NCBI GenBank assembly: GCA_964603625.1
Contig: CAZRVM010000001.1
Coordinates: 1,949 to 65,948 of the forward strand
Length of the DNA: 64,000 bases
From: an uncultured Candidatus Saccharibacteria bacterium
GTDB taxonomy: Bacteria > Patescibacteriota > Saccharimonadia > Saccharimonadales > JAGQNJ01
Direction of reading: 5' to 3'
Position 1 is the stretch's first letter. Every line of letters begins with the position of its first letter. A program made the position numbers and the translations under genes. The notes beneath the pieces are model-generated. The model saw only the letters and a list, made by a program, of their open reading frames with translations. It did not search any database and was not told where the DNA came from. Shown one piece after another: positions 28,672-40,552 of this stretch.

Positions 28672-31600
28672 TTAAATATCTGTTGCAACCTCTGCTTCAG
28701 TTTCTTGTTGAGTATAGGCATTAAAACCTGTACCAACCGGAATTTTCCTACCCAAAATAACATTCTCTTTTAAGCCAAATAAACGATCTACTTTACCACT
28801 TGTTGCGGCTGATATCAAAACTCTAGTAGTATCCTGAAAACTTGCAGCACTAAGGAAAGATTCTGTAGATAATGACGCCTTAGTTATGCCTAAAAGCAAC
28901 TGATTAAAGACAGCCGGAGCTTTATTTTCAGATTGCAATTTGTCATTTTCGGCCTGAACTGAGATTTTGCTAACAATATCACCAGTTACAAAATCACTAT
29001 CTCCAGCATCTTCAATTTGCACTCGGCTAAACATCTGTCTTACGATTATTTCTAAGTGCTTTTCAGCAATATTTTGACCTTGAGAAGCAAAAATCATTAG
29101 CACTTCGTTCATTATATAACGCTGTGTAGCTTCTACGCCCTGAAGATTAATTAATTCATGCAAGTTGATTGATCCATTAGTTAGCCTTTCACCAGCAACA
29201 ACTTCTTGACCATCCTTAACAAGTAATTGCTTGTTGCCTGGTATCTCATATTTTACTGATTTAGTTATATTTGGCTTTATTTGGATGCTCTTTTTTGTTA
29301 CTTTAGCTATTCCTGCCACAGAAGCTATCAATGGATTCGCACCTTTTTCTTCTGATGCAATTACATCGCCGATATTCACTAAACTACCAGATTCAATATT
29401 TGCTGTTCTTTGTTCTAAAGCCAACTTAGTAGTTTCTGCTTCTTTGGCATTAATTTCAACAACATAATGATCTCCATCTTCAGAAACTTTTACAACACCA
29501 GAAATATCTGTTAAATAAGCTTGACCTTTCGGTGTTCGAACTTCCAACAACTCTTCTACACGAGGTAAACCTTGAGTAATATCATCTGCTGCTGCCGATC
29601 CACCACCGTGGTACGCCCTAAGTGTTAGCTGAGTTCCAGGCTCACCAATACTCTGAGCTGCTATTACGCCAATAGGATGGTGATTCTCAACTAAACGACC
29701 CGTAGCTGGATCTATGCCATAGCTTTTACGGCTGACCCCTCTAACATTTTCACAACTTAAGGCACTCATTATTTTCACACCATCAATATTACCGTCAGCT
29801 TCTATTTTGTTAGCAATTTCAGTGGTAATTAATGAACCTTTTTCAACCAACTTTCCAACATTTTCAGCTGCATATCTACCAGCCAGTCGAGATCCATAGC
29901 TAACACCAATCTCTTCAGCATCTTTCCTATAAATTGCAAAACCTGGATCATCTTCGTCTTCGTCAATCGTAAATACGTCTTGACTAACATCTACCAAACG
30001 CCTTGTTAAATAGCCAGAGTCAGCAGTTTTTAAGGCTGTATCGATCATGGTTTTTCTAGTTCCTCTGGTAGATGTGAAATATTCTAGCGAAGTTAAACCA
30101 GCTTTGTAAGCAGATTTGATTGGAAGCTCAATAGCTCTACCGGTTGTGTCCATTGATACACCTAAAATACCGACCACCATTTTTACCTGGCCAATATTAC
30201 CTCTAGCACCCGAAACAACCGCAATAGACATAGCGCCATCATCTTTGGCGAATTGATCACTTAATGTTTGTTGCACATCGGCATCAATTTGTAGCCAATT
30301 CTCAACTGTTAATCGGTATCTCTCTTCTTCGGTAATGAATCCTTGATCATGTTGATCGCTAATTTGTGATGAATTCTGCTCTCCCTTTGCTATTATTGTA
30401 TCCAACCCTTTAATTTCACTAAAGTCGTCCATACCAAGACTTAAACCTGACTTGGTCGCATATTTAAAGCCTAAATCTTTTAATTTGTCGGCAATTTCAG
30501 CCGTAATTTCTTGACCATACATCTCATATGCTAAAGCCATAGCACTAGCTAATTTTTTCTTTGTCATTGCTTCATCTTGGAATGGGAAATCTTCTGGAAA
30601 TATTTCATTGAACAAAATTCTACCTAAAGTTGTAGTTAAATTCTGACCTCTAAAGTTAATACTTACAAATGACTGAAGTCTAATTTGGCTTGCATCAAGT
30701 TTCATTAAAGCTTCATCAAGGCTTGATAGTTTTTGTACGTCACTAGCTTTAATATCATTACGCTCATAAGTTAGGTAGTAACAACCCAAAACTATATCTT
30801 GTTCAATATGAAGAATTGGCGAACCATCAGCCGGTTTAAGCAGATTCTTGTTAGCAGCCATAATATCTTTAGCCTCTTTTTGCGCTAACTCAGTAAGCGG
30901 TAAATGGACCGCCATTTGATCACCGTCGAAATCGGCATTAAATCCTTTACACACCAATGGATGCAGTTGTATTGCCATACCCTCAATTAAGATTGGCTTA
31001 AAAGCCTGGACACTTAGTCTATGCAAAGATGGCGCTCTGTTAAGTAGTACATATTTACCACTAATAGCTTCGTCAAGTGCATCCCAAACAGGAGTTTCGC
31101 CCGCTTCAATCATTCTGGTAGCTGACCTTATATTATGTGCATATTCCTTTTCAATCAAACTACCAATAACAAATGGCTTAAATAGCTCGAGTGCCATCAT
31201 TTTTGGCAATCCACACTGATCCATAGTTAGCTCTGGGCCTGCAACTATTACTGAACGACCAGAATAGTCAACTCTTTTACCAAGTAGATTCTGACGAAAA
31301 CGGCCTTGCTTGCCTTTAAGCATATCACTTAAAGATTTTAGCCTTCGGCGTTGGCCAGTTGCGGCAACCGCTCTACCAGACCGAGCATTACCATTATCTA
31401 TCAAAGCATCAACTGCCTCTTGAAGCATTCTTTGTTCATTACGCCGAATAACTTCTGGAGCATTTAGTTCTATCAATTTCTTTAATCGATTATTGCGGTT
31501 GATAACTCGCCGATACAAATCATTTAAATCACTCGTTGCAAATCTTCCACCGGCTAGTTGTACCATCGGTCTCAAATCTGGAGGAATAACGGGCAGAACA

Positions 31601-32487
31601 CTTACACACATTGAACTAGGTTTAATATCTGCACGATCCATACTTTCAAGCAATTTAAGTCTTTTTAGTAGCTTCTTTTTTCGTTGACCTTTTGCATCTT
31701 CTGCTTCTTCACTCAGACTAGCTATTAAATCTTTCAGATTAATCTCATCTAGCAATTCTTTTAGCGCAGCTCCACCCATCCCAACTTCTATTAAATCTAC
31801 CAAATCGTCATCTAAATCATAGTAATCATTTTCATTAATTAAATTAAGCTTAACTAAGGATTCTGCCTGAGCTTTAAATGCTTCAAAACTTTGTTTTACT
31901 TCATCTAACTCTTTAGTTTGCATCTGCGCCAAAGCTTTTAAGTTAGCGTCTTCTTTTTTAGCTTCTTCTTCATATCTTGCTTTGATTGCTTCACAAGAAG
32001 CGTTAAATTGTGCTTCTTTATCTGCAAGAATTTGATCTCTTTTCGCCTCGTCAACTGATTTTATAATGTAATTAGCAAAATAAGTTACTTTTTCTAAACT
32101 TTTAACAGTTAATCCGAGTAGTAAACCAATGGCACTGGGAGCACCTCTAAGAAACCAAATATGTGCAACGGGTGCAGCCAAATTAATATGCCCCATCCGT
32201 TCTCGTCTTACGATACTTCTAGTTACAATCTCACCGTTTTTATCAACAGCAGCTTCTCTAGATCTCACGCCTTTGTACTTAGAGTCATAAGGATTTATAT
32301 CTTTAACCGGTCCAAAAATTCGTTCACAAAATAAGCCATCGCGTTCTGGTTTTTGAGTCCTATAATTGATTGTTTCTGGTTTAGTAACTTCCCCGTATGA
32401 CCAATCAAGTATGTCATCGGAACTAGCCACAGCAAGCCTAACAGCATCAAAATCTGAAATAGTTGGCCCATTATGATAATGTCTCAT
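28672..32487 (-). CDS. rpoC: RNA polymerase beta' subunit (Zn ligands largely lost)
   Basis: [29 protein letters not shown], catalytic [23 protein letters not shown]. Confidence 0.98.
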   Translation of the reverse strand: MRHYHNGPTISDFDAVRLAVASSDDILDWSYGEVTKPETINYRTQKPERDGLFCERIFGPVKDINPYDSKYKGVRSREAAVDKNGEIVTRSIVRRERMGHINLAAPVAHIWFLRGAPSAIGLLLGLTVKSLEKVTYFANYIIKSVDEAKRDQILADKEAQFNASCEAIKARYEEEAKKEDANLKALAQMQTKELDEVKQSFEAFKAQAESLVKLNLINENDYYDLDDDLVDLIEVGMGGAALKELLDEINLKDLIASLSEEAEDAKGQRKKKLLKRLKLLESMDRADIKPSSMCVSVLPVIPPDLRPMVQLAGGRFATSDLNDLYRRVINRNNRLKKLIELNAPEVIRRNEQRMLQEAVDALIDNGNARSGRAVAATGQRRRLKSLSDMLKGKQGRFRQNLLGKRVDYSGRSVIVAGPELTMDQCGLPKMMALELFKPFVIGSLIEKEYAHNIRSATRMIEAGETPVWDALDEAISGKYVLLNRAPSLHRLSVQAFKPILIEGMAIQLHPLVCKGFNADFDGDQMAVHLPLTELAQKEAKDIMAANKNLLKPADGSPILHIEQDIVLGCYYLTYERNDIKASDVQKLSSLDEALMKLDASQIRLQSFVSINFRGQNLTTTLGRILFNEIFPEDFPFQDEAMTKKKLASAMALAYEMYGQEITAEIADKLKDLGFKYATKSGLSLGMDDFSEIKGLDTIIAKGEQNSSQISDQHDQGFITEEERYRLTVENWLQIDADVQQTLSDQFAKDDGAMSIAVVSGARGNIGQVKMVVGILGVSMDTTGRAIELPIKSAYKAGLTSLEYFTSTRGTRKTMIDTALKTADSGYLTRRLVDVSQDVFTIDEDEDDPGFAIYRKDAEEIGVSYGSRLAGRYAAENVGKLVEKGSLITTEIANKIEADGNIDGVKIMSALSCENVRGVSRKSYGIDPATGRLVENHHPIGVIAAQSIGEPGTQLTLRAYHGGGSAAADDITQGLPRVEELLEVRTPKGQAYLTDISGVVKVSEDGDHYVVEINAKEAETTKLALEQRTANIESGSLVNIGDVIASEEKGANPLIASVAGIAKVTKKSIQIKPNITKSVKYEIPGNKQLLVKDGQEVVAGERLTNGSINLHELINLQGVEATQRYIMNEVLMIFASQGQNIAEKHLEIIVRQMFSRVQIEDAGDSDFVTGDIVSKISVQAENDKLQSENKAPAVFNQLLLGITKASLSTESFLSAASFQDTTRVLISAATSGKVDRLFGLKENVILGRKIPVGTGFNAYTQQETEAEVATDI

Positions 32488-35400
32488 TATTTATCCTCGC
32501 TTTCTTCATCAATGGTAATATTTTGGCCTGTATCTTTTACAGCTAAAACTTCAGCCGGTAAATGATCGTCTACTTCGATTAAGTCAAACTCATCCACACT
32601 AGAATCTGCAGACATATCAATCTCAGAATATTCTGGCGCAGGTACATCAATACTTGCTTGAGTTCTTGCTTCATCATTAATATTCACTGCCACAATTTCT
32701 TCTGCATCAATAAGCTTTTCAGACATCATTAAGTCTACTTTAAGCCCAAGTCCTTGTAATTCTTTTACTAATACATTAAAGCTTTCTGGAACCTTTGGCC
32801 CTACTATTGGAGTTTTTTTGATGATTGATTCATAAGCTTTAGACCGACCGTAAACATCATCTGATTTGATTGTTAACATTTCTTGCAAAGTGTTAGCAGC
32901 CCCGTAAGCTTCTAATGACCAAACTTCCATTTCGCCAAATCGTTGACCACCATTTTGAGCCTTACCACCTAGTGGTTGTTGTGTGACCATTGTGTAAGGG
33001 CCAGTCGATCGTGCGTGAATTTTATCGACAATCATGTGATCTAGTTTGATCATATACATACTACCGACTGTTGTTGTTTCAGAAAATGGTTCGCCCGTTC
33101 TTCCATCATAAAGCTGTTGTTTTCCGTTTCTTGGCAAACCAGCCTCAGCTAACAAATCTTGAATCTTATCAATCGACACTCCGTTAAAAGATGGCGAAGC
33201 AACCTTAAAACCTAAAGCTCTGGCAGCCATACCTAAATGAGCCTCAAAAAGCTGACCAACATTCATTCTACTTGGAACACCCAAAGGATTTAAAATTATG
33301 TCGATTGGCGTACCGTCAGCCATAAATGGCATATCTTCTACCGGCAAAACCCTAGCAATTACACCTTTATTTCCATATCGTCCACCAAGTTTATCGCCAA
33401 CTGCAATTTTCCGCATTTGTGCAACATAAACTTTAATTTGTTTTATTACACCAGCCTTTAACTCGTGACCATTTTCTTTAGAGAATATTTTTACACCAAC
33501 AACTTTACCATGTTTACCATTACTCATTCTTTGAGAGGTGTCACGAACATCTTTAGCTTTTTCGCCAAAGATAGCCCGCAAAAGCCTTTCTTCACTCGAA
33601 AGTTCTTGTTCGCCTTTTGGAGTAATCTTTCCAACTAAAATATCGCCAGGATGCACATCTGCCCCAATATGAACAATTCCATCTTCATCTAAATGCCTAA
33701 GTGACTCTTCTGAGACATTTGGGATATCTCTAGTTACAAGCTCAGGTCCAAGCTTAGTTTCTCGAACTTCTGTCATGTAATCTACAATATGTACCGATGA
33801 CAAAGTATCATCTTCAACAAGCTTGCGAGAAATAATAATAGCATCTTCAAAATTGTATCCAGACCAAGGCATGAAAGCTGCAATCAAATCTTTACCTAAT
33901 GCTAGTTCACCACCCTCAATAGACATACCTTCAATCAAGGAATCACCAGATTTGACTTTTTCGCCACTACTTACAACAACCTTTTGATTAATTGATGTTC
34001 CGTCATTACTTCTAGCAAAATGCTGTGGTTTGTAGCTAACTTTGCCAGCTTTTTTATAATCAATAATCACTTCATCAGCATCGGCCTTTAAAACTTGACC
34101 ATCTTCAATTGCTTGAAATATTTGACCAGTATTGCTAGCAACAACTCCCTCTAAGCCAGTACCGACTATTGGGCTTTGGGGCTTCACAAGGGGAACTGCC
34201 TGTCGTTGCTGATTACTCCCCATTAAACTTCGATACACATAGTTTTTCTCAATAAAAGGAATCAAACCAGCACTCGAACCAATTATTTGCCTTTTTGAAG
34301 CATCCATATGAGTAACTTCATCGGCATCAACATCACCCGAGACTAAACGATTTCGCGCTGAAACCCTTGAATTTACGAAATGCCCATTTTCATCAATTTT
34401 TTCATTTGACCCTGCTATTACGGCTTTTTCTTCATCGGATGCATCTAAATAAACAATATCTTTCGTAACAACAGCCTTGACTGGCCAAGTTGCCCTATTT
34501 TTAACATTTGATAGCTTTTTTGCATCACTTGCTGTAATTTTTTTACCAGCTTTTACAATTACTTTACCATCATTATCTTCTAAGTCTAAACTTGCTGTGT
34601 AGCCAACTGCATCCTTTGCCGTTACCGAATTAATAACTTTTACATAAGGTGTTTCAATAAAACCATATTCATTTATTCGAGCATATAAACTTAAATTCAA
34701 AACAAGACCAATATTTGCACCTTCTGGTGTTTCTACCGGACATATTCTTCCGTAGTGAGTCGCGTGAGCGTCTCTAACCTCAAAACCTGCTCTTTCTCGG
34801 TTCAACCCACCAGGCCCCATTGAACTTAATCGGCGTTTGTGAGCCAATTCACTCAAAGGGTTAGCTTGATCCATAAATTGAGATAGTTGTGAACTTGCAA
34901 AGAATTCACGAACTGCAGCAACGATTGGTCGAGCATTGATTAGCTGTCCAGGAGTAACTGTTTCAATATCACTCATACTCATTCGATCTTTAGTGTTTCT
35001 CTCCATTCTAAGCAAACCAATTCTAAATTGCCTTTGTACTAACTCGCCAACCAATTTAACGCGCCGATTAGCCAATGAATCGATGTCATCGGCTGGCTCT
35101 TGAGTATTATTAAGACGAATAATTTCTGCGACTATGGCCAGTAAATCTTCTATCCGCATTACTCTATTTTCAGTAGTGTTTGGAACATCTAAATTTAACC
35201 TTGAGTTAATTTTGTAGCGTCCAACTCTACTAAAATCAAATCTCTTAAAGTTGAAGAACATATTTTTAATCAGATCTCGGGCATTTTCAACAGTTGCTAA
35301 ATCACCGGGACGTAACCTTCGATAAACTTCAATCAAAGCTTCGTTTGAACCTTTAGCTGGATCTTTTTCTAATGTTGCGCTTGTGTAATTCAGCTTACCT

Positions 35401-36038
35401 TGATCAACATGAGATAGTTCTTGTTTGATTTGGCTTTCACTTAATCCAAGTGCTTTTAGAAGGGTAGTTACGGGAATTTTGCGCTTGCGATCAATCTTTA
35501 CATAAATTGCTCCACCAGCGCTTGTCTCAAACTCCAACCATGCTCCGCGACCTGGAATTACTTTAGCTCCATATAGTCTACTGCTTGTATGCTGTTCTGA
35601 AGTAAAGAAAACACCTGCCGAACGAATCAACTGGCTAACAACAACCCTTTCAGTACCATTAACAATAAATGTTCCACGACTAGTCATCCAAGGGTAATCA
35701 CCCAAGTAGATCTCTTGTTCTTTTACTTCACCTGTAATTTTATTTGTCAAAACTACTGTAGCTTTTAATGGTGCTTCAAACGAAATATTGTCATCCTTAG
35801 CTTCAGCTTCGGTAGTTTTAGGCTCTTCAAATTTATAATCTTTAAAACTAAGTGATAATTTTGTGCCTGTATAATCATCTATTGGACTAATTTCGGCTAG
35901 AAGTTCTCCCAACCCTTCATTTACAAACCAATAAAATGAATCATTTTGATGATCTACTAAGTTTGGTAAATCAAGAATCTCATCTGTTTGTGTAAAGTAC
36001 TTGCGCTTTGACGGCGCAATGCTAGTCGTTTTTGCCAT
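32487..36038 (-). CDS. rpoB: RNA polymerase beta subunit
   Basis: SQLSQFMDQ, GRICPVETPEG, GYNFEDA, GDK..GRYGNKG, GGQRFGEMEVW. Confidence 0.98.
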   Translation of the reverse strand: MAKTTSIAPSKRKYFTQTDEILDLPNLVDHQNDSFYWFVNEGLGELLAEISPIDDYTGTKLSLSFKDYKFEEPKTTEAEAKDDNISFEAPLKATVVLTNKITGEVKEQEIYLGDYPWMTSRGTFIVNGTERVVVSQLIRSAGVFFTSEQHTSSRLYGAKVIPGRGAWLEFETSAGGAIYVKIDRKRKIPVTTLLKALGLSESQIKQELSHVDQGKLNYTSATLEKDPAKGSNEALIEVYRRLRPGDLATVENARDLIKNMFFNFKRFDFSRVGRYKINSRLNLDVPNTTENRVMRIEDLLAIVAEIIRLNNTQEPADDIDSLANRRVKLVGELVQRQFRIGLLRMERNTKDRMSMSDIETVTPGQLINARPIVAAVREFFASSQLSQFMDQANPLSELAHKRRLSSMGPGGLNRERAGFEVRDAHATHYGRICPVETPEGANIGLVLNLSLYARINEYGFIETPYVKVINSVTAKDAVGYTASLDLEDNDGKVIVKAGKKITASDAKKLSNVKNRATWPVKAVVTKDIVYLDASDEEKAVIAGSNEKIDENGHFVNSRVSARNRLVSGDVDADEVTHMDASKRQIIGSSAGLIPFIEKNYVYRSLMGSNQQRQAVPLVKPQSPIVGTGLEGVVASNTGQIFQAIEDGQVLKADADEVIIDYKKAGKVSYKPQHFARSNDGTSINQKVVVSSGEKVKSGDSLIEGMSIEGGELALGKDLIAAFMPWSGYNFEDAIIISRKLVEDDTLSSVHIVDYMTEVRETKLGPELVTRDIPNVSEESLRHLDEDGIVHIGADVHPGDILVGKITPKGEQELSSEERLLRAIFGEKAKDVRDTSQRMSNGKHGKVVGVKIFSKENGHELKAGVIKQIKVYVAQMRKIAVGDKLGGRYGNKGVIARVLPVEDMPFMADGTPIDIILNPLGVPSRMNVGQLFEAHLGMAARALGFKVASPSFNGVSIDKIQDLLAEAGLPRNGKQQLYDGRTGEPFSETTTVGSMYMIKLDHMIVDKIHARSTGPYTMVTQQPLGGKAQNGGQRFGEMEVWSLEAYGAANTLQEMLTIKSDDVYGRSKAYESIIKKTPIVGPKVPESFNVLVKELQGLGLKVDLMMSEKLIDAEEIVAVNINDEARTQASIDVPAPEYSEIDMSADSSVDEFDLIEVDDHLPAEVLAVKDTGQNITIDEESEDK

Positions 36039-36261
36039 AACGAACTTATTTTCTCCTTGCTATATCAACTTTAAAAGTACCTATTACATGCATTTAAATA
36101 AGTACTAAAAACTAAGTTGAGTTTAAATTGATGATAAAATACGCCGAAGATCCTAAGCACTTTTTAGTTTACTACTAGGGTAAAAATAGTAAACTTTAGC
36201 TTACCCTACTTCTTAACAATAAATAATAACATACAATCCGAACAAATTACAAATTTAAAAT

Positions 36262-36849
36262 TTAAAGGACTTTATCTACCAATCCATATTCACAAGCTTC
36301 TGTTGCTGATAACCATTTATCTCGCTCCATATCTTCTTGGATCTTTTTAATTTTTTGCCCAGTATTTTTTGCCATAATTTCATTAAGCAGTTGTTTTAAC
36401 CTTAGACCTTCTTTTAAGTCTATCTCCATATCGGTTACTTTGCCTCTTGTTCCAGCAGAAGGTTGGTGAATCATAACTGTTGCATGAGGTAAAATAAATC
36501 GCTTACCCTTTGTTCCAGAGCTGAGTAAAAAAGCTGCTGCACTAGCTTGCACTCCAATACCAACAGTTTGAATATCACATTTTACATATTGCATAGTGTC
36601 ATAAATTGCAAAAGCATCGTAGACACTACCGCCAGGGCTATTTATGTAAAATTTAATATCTTTTTTAGGATCTTCATTTTCTAAAAATAAAATTTGAGCA
36701 ACGACTAAATTTGCTGTATGTTCATTTACATCACTTCCCAAGAAAATAATTCTATCTTTAAGTAGCCTAGAGTAAATATCAAAAGCCCGCTCTACTCGAC
36801 CATCTGTCTCTATAACGGTTGGAACTAATATTGAATCATTCATTTTCAT
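36262..36849 (-). CDS. clpP: ATP-dependent Clp protease proteolytic subunit
   Basis: [20 protein letters not shown], catalytic QASAA, MIHQP, MERD. Confidence 0.96.
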   Translation of the reverse strand: MKMNDSILVPTVIETDGRVERAFDIYSRLLKDRIIFLGSDVNEHTANLVVAQILFLENEDPKKDIKFYINSPGGSVYDAFAIYDTMQYVKCDIQTVGIGVQASAAAFLLSSGTKGKRFILPHATVMIHQPSAGTRGKVTDMEIDLKEGLRLKQLLNEIMAKNTGQKIKKIQEDMERDKWLSATEACEYGLVDKVL

Positions 36850-36873
36850 AATAATTTCATTTTATATAAATAA

Positions 36874-36900
36874 TTAGCACTCGTCAAGTAAGAGTGCTAA
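36874..36900. promoter_or_regulatory. CIRCE (HrcA operator) overlapping clpP -35
   Basis: Perfect TTAGCACTC-N9-GAGTGCTAA; minus-strand TTGACG-N17-TAAAAT embedded. Confidence 0.92.
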
Positions 36901-36912
36901 ATTAGGTAAAGA

Positions 36913-38199
36913 TTATTTTTTTGTTACTACACTTACTAATTTAGCGATAGTTTTTTGAGTAATTAGCCGGCTAGCAATTTCTTGGCGAGCCTCTGGTTTA
37001 TTTAACTCTTCCTGCATTTGCTGATCTTGATATTGATCTTTAAGTAACCGCATTTGTGTATCAAGTTCCTCTGCAGTAACTTGAACTTTTTCGATATTTG
37101 AAATCTCGGCTAAAATTAAGCCGGTTTTTACTCTTGTTTTTGCTTCAGGCAATAATTGGGTCTTAACATATTCATCTTCTGTTAACTTTAAAGTATCTAG
37201 CATTTCTTGCCATGTTTGGCCACGATAAGTTAAACTTTGGCGAACTTCTGTTTTAAGTCTTTCAACTTGTTCGTCTACTAAACTTTTGGGTAAATCAAGT
37301 TCACTTTTAGTTACGATTTGATTAATTAATTCACTCTCAAATTTTGTATTCTCTTGTTTTTGTTTTTCTAATAATAACTGTTTTTTAATATCGGCCTTTA
37401 AATCATCTAAGGTTTTGAACTGTCCAACTTTTTCTGCAAATTTATCATCGAGCTTTGGCTTAACTAACAAATTAACTTGTTTTACTTCTACTTTAAAAGT
37501 TACTTTTTCACCAGCTAATGCTTTTACCCCGTAATCTTTTGGAAAGGTTAATTTAAACTCTTTTTTAGCTTCTTTTTTGAGCCCAACTAAATTTTTTTCA
37601 AAACCAGGAATAAAATTATCACTTCCAAGTATTAATGGATAGTCTTTTCCATCAGCACCTTTTATGGCCTGTTTTTTAGAATCGACACCACTAAAATCTA
37701 TAACAACTTCATCGCCCAATTTTGAAGGACGATCTACACTCTCCCGCGTTGCGTACTTATCACTCAAACTAACTAAAACTTCATTGATATCGGTATTATT
37801 TACCTTTGCTACTACTTTAGTTTTCTTAATCGACTTATAATCAGATAGCTTGATTTTACCTAAAATATCTACATCTGCTTGAAATTCTAAAGTTGTAAAG
37901 GGCACAAATTTTGATAATGAAATATTTGGGCTACCTATGACTTTTATCGATTCCTTAGATACAGCTTGTGCGTAAAGTAAGTTTATAGCTTCATCTAAAA
38001 ACCTAGACTGTAAAGTGTTTTGATCAAGATTTTTTTCAATTAAATGTATTGGCGCTTTGCCCGCTCTAAAGCCAGCAACTTTTAAATCAGCACCCAACTC
38101 TTTGAGAACTTTATGTTTAATTTGATCAAGTTCGCTATCGTCTGCTTTAATTGTTAATAAGCAATGTGTTTTTGAACTATCTTGTCGTTGTACCTGCAT
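36913..38199 (-). CDS. tig: Trigger factor
   Basis: GFRAGKAP signature, FKBP domain (FIPGFE, FPKDY), adjacent to clpP. Confidence 0.95.
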   Translation of the reverse strand: MQVQRQDSSKTHCLLTIKADDSELDQIKHKVLKELGADLKVAGFRAGKAPIHLIEKNLDQNTLQSRFLDEAINLLYAQAVSKESIKVIGSPNISLSKFVPFTTLEFQADVDILGKIKLSDYKSIKKTKVVAKVNNTDINEVLVSLSDKYATRESVDRPSKLGDEVVIDFSGVDSKKQAIKGADGKDYPLILGSDNFIPGFEKNLVGLKKEAKKEFKLTFPKDYGVKALAGEKVTFKVEVKQVNLLVKPKLDDKFAEKVGQFKTLDDLKADIKKQLLLEKQKQENTKFESELINQIVTKSELDLPKSLVDEQVERLKTEVRQSLTYRGQTWQEMLDTLKLTEDEYVKTQLLPEAKTRVKTGLILAEISNIEKVQVTAEELDTQMRLLKDQYQDQQMQEELNKPEARQEIASRLITQKTIAKLVSVVTKK

Positions 38200-38284
38200 A
38201 GAGTATTACTTTAGCAACTTTTATAAGATTCGTCTAGCATGTAGTGTTTTTAGTATTTTATGATTTTTTGCAAAATACTTTTTG

Positions 38285-39592
38285 TTACTTCTTGCGATAA
38301 TCTTTTACAATGCTTGCAATTCGCTCTAAGCTATGAGTTTCCTCTTCGCCAGTGTTTAAATCTTTCAATTTAAATTGCTCTGTTGCAAGTTCTTGATCGC
38401 CAATAAAAATTGCATATCTAATCCCTTGCTTAACGGCTGTTTTAATCTGTTTATCTAGCTTTCTACCAGTACTATCAACCGCAACATTTAGTTCCATCTC
38501 ACGAAGTAAGCTAATTGGCTTAATAGCTTGCTCATAAACATTACCTAACAAAATTACATAAACATCAATATCATTTTTAAGTTTTGGCATTAGCTCATGA
38601 AGTATTAAAAAATTATAAAGCGTTGCGTCACCCATTCCAAAACCCACTGTAGCTATTGGATCAACCCCAAACTTACCTACAAGCCCGTCATATCTTCCTC
38701 CTCCAAACATAGCCCTGTTATTTTCAGGATGCTTATCAAACACTTCAAAAACGATATCTGTATAATAGTCAAAACCTCTCATTAGCGTAATATCAAACAC
38801 AATGTTGCCAATCCCGGACTGCTTAGCTAGTTCGATTAAATTACCAAGTTGTGTTGTAAATTCTTGCTTCAAAACATCTTGCGGTAAATCACTAATTAGC
38901 TTAGCTTTTAAAATCTCGCTCAACTTGCCTTCGGTGCCATCTTCTCTCTGAGAAGCAGTTAGTACTGCATCTAACTTAGCGCTAAATTCAGATTGAGGAA
39001 TTTTATGCATCTTATCAACCAACTTAATAATTGTATCTGTTTGTACATCGTTTAATTTTAAATAATCATTAAGAAGATAGTTGACCAACTTTCTGCTATT
39101 TACTTTTATTTCAAACATTCTTGATTTTGCGCCAAACGATCTCATAATTGCATCACTAATTTGAATCATCTCAAAATCTGCCGATAAATTACTAATTCCA
39201 AATAAATCTACATTTAATTGCCAAAATTCTCTTAATCTACCTCGTTGTGGCCTTTCATATCGCCATAAATTTGGTATAGAAAACCATCTTATTGGATAAG
39301 GTAATTCTTGGCGCCTAGCAGCAACCATTCTGCTGACCGATGGTGTCATTTCGGTTCGAATAGTTACTTCTCGGCCACCTCTATCAACGAAACTATATGT
39401 TTGCTCGTTTACAATTTCATCACTGGTTTTTGTAGCGTAAAGTGTGGTCGGCTCTAAAAGTGGCGCATCGTATTCTTGATAGCCGAAACTTCTAGCAACT
39501 TGACGCCATTTACCAAACATCCACTGTTGTAAGCGTTTGTCTTCTGGGTAAAAATCCCTAGCTCCTTTATAGGCTTGAGTGCTAATACTCAT
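38285..39592 (-). CDS. hisS: Histidine--tRNA ligase
   Basis: KGARDF, RYERPQRGRLREFWQ, RGFDYYT, GGGRYDGL. Confidence 0.96.
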   Translation of the reverse strand: MSISTQAYKGARDFYPEDKRLQQWMFGKWRQVARSFGYQEYDAPLLEPTTLYATKTSDEIVNEQTYSFVDRGGREVTIRTEMTPSVSRMVAARRQELPYPIRWFSIPNLWRYERPQRGRLREFWQLNVDLFGISNLSADFEMIQISDAIMRSFGAKSRMFEIKVNSRKLVNYLLNDYLKLNDVQTDTIIKLVDKMHKIPQSEFSAKLDAVLTASQREDGTEGKLSEILKAKLISDLPQDVLKQEFTTQLGNLIELAKQSGIGNIVFDITLMRGFDYYTDIVFEVFDKHPENNRAMFGGGRYDGLVGKFGVDPIATVGFGMGDATLYNFLILHELMPKLKNDIDVYVILLGNVYEQAIKPISLLREMELNVAVDSTGRKLDKQIKTAVKQGIRYAIFIGDQELATEQFKLKDLNTGEEETHSLERIASIVKDYRKK

Positions 39593-39678
39593 ATTACTAA
39601 CAATTGTAATATACCTGTTTAAATTTATGAAATTCTAACTTTAAATATCAAAATAATAAATAAGATTAGCTTTCAAGT

Positions 39679-40362
39679 TTAGTTTTTTTTATCTTTTAAT
39701 CTACTCATTATCTTTGGTAAACAAAACATCAAAGAACCCCCAGCAATAGCAGGAAATGTACCGTTACGAATTAATAAGTCGGTAGTTCTTGAGGCACCTT
39801 TTTGCATATACCAATTAGAAAGTTTCATACTTCTTTCCATAACTCTTTCATTCCAATCACCATCTAAATGACGATACATAGCCGATAGGCTAAATAATGA
39901 CGGCCTCAACAAAAATGCTTTTTCAGACCACTCTTGATAAAGTTCTAGGTTAGTATTTTTCATTTGGGTGTGCACCTCAGGCATCATTGGCCTATCATAA
40001 CCATCTAAATCCATTCTACCGTCAACAACCAATTCTAGTTGTAATAATTCATCAATATGGGTATAGCGCAAAATTTTTGAGATTCCTTTAGCTCGATCAT
40101 CAGACCTACCTTGAATAATAGTTTGATCTTCATGGCATATGGCTATAGTTCTTATTTTTGGTACATCAATTAACTCTCCATATTGACCAATCCGTTGTTG
40201 AACAAAAATAACATCATCTGTCTGTAGGCAATCCTCGGTTAAAGCCAGTGCTTTATTAACTAAAGGTTTAGTTAATGTCTGCAAATAGCTAGCAATTTCT
40301 TGTTGCCGTTCTTGACGAATCGGGCTCAGTAAATATTCCATTGTATCTAAGTTTCTTTGCAT
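39679..40362 (-). CDS. Divergent bacterial sugar-transferase (phosphoglycosyl transferase)-like protein
   Basis: F.QQRIGQYG..KIRT, LRYTHIDELLQL..V.DGRMDL.G..RP resemble the PglC/WcaJ catalytic domain; promoter TTGACA-N17-TATTAT near 40469-40497. Confidence 0.55.
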   Translation of the reverse strand: MQRNLDTMEYLLSPIRQERQQEIASYLQTLTKPLVNKALALTEDCLQTDDVIFVQQRIGQYGELIDVPKIRTIAICHEDQTIIQGRSDDRAKGISKILRYTHIDELLQLELVVDGRMDLDGYDRPMMPEVHTQMKNTNLELYQEWSEKAFLLRPSLFSLSAMYRHLDGDWNERVMERSMKLSNWYMQKGASRTTDLLIRNGTFPAIAGGSLMFCLPKIMSRLKDKKN

Positions 40363-40552
40363 AAAAATACCATTACAAACTTTGTAAAAATTATCTAAAT
40401 TTTTATAAATTTATTATTAGTTATTATTCAGTTTTGATTTTTTAGAAAAATCTCAAAATCAATTTAATATAATATATCATTATACCGGTTATGTCAATAC
40501 ATAAAATCTACCAGATTTTCTTCTTGTGGGAGAATAAAAATACTAAATAAAA

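Noticed and set aside
28672-36038. Inteins or introns in rpoB/rpoC
   Set aside because: Frames are continuous with normal lengths and no intein splice-junction or homing-endonuclease motifs; the beta' coiled-coil insert looks like an ordinary lineage-specific insertion.
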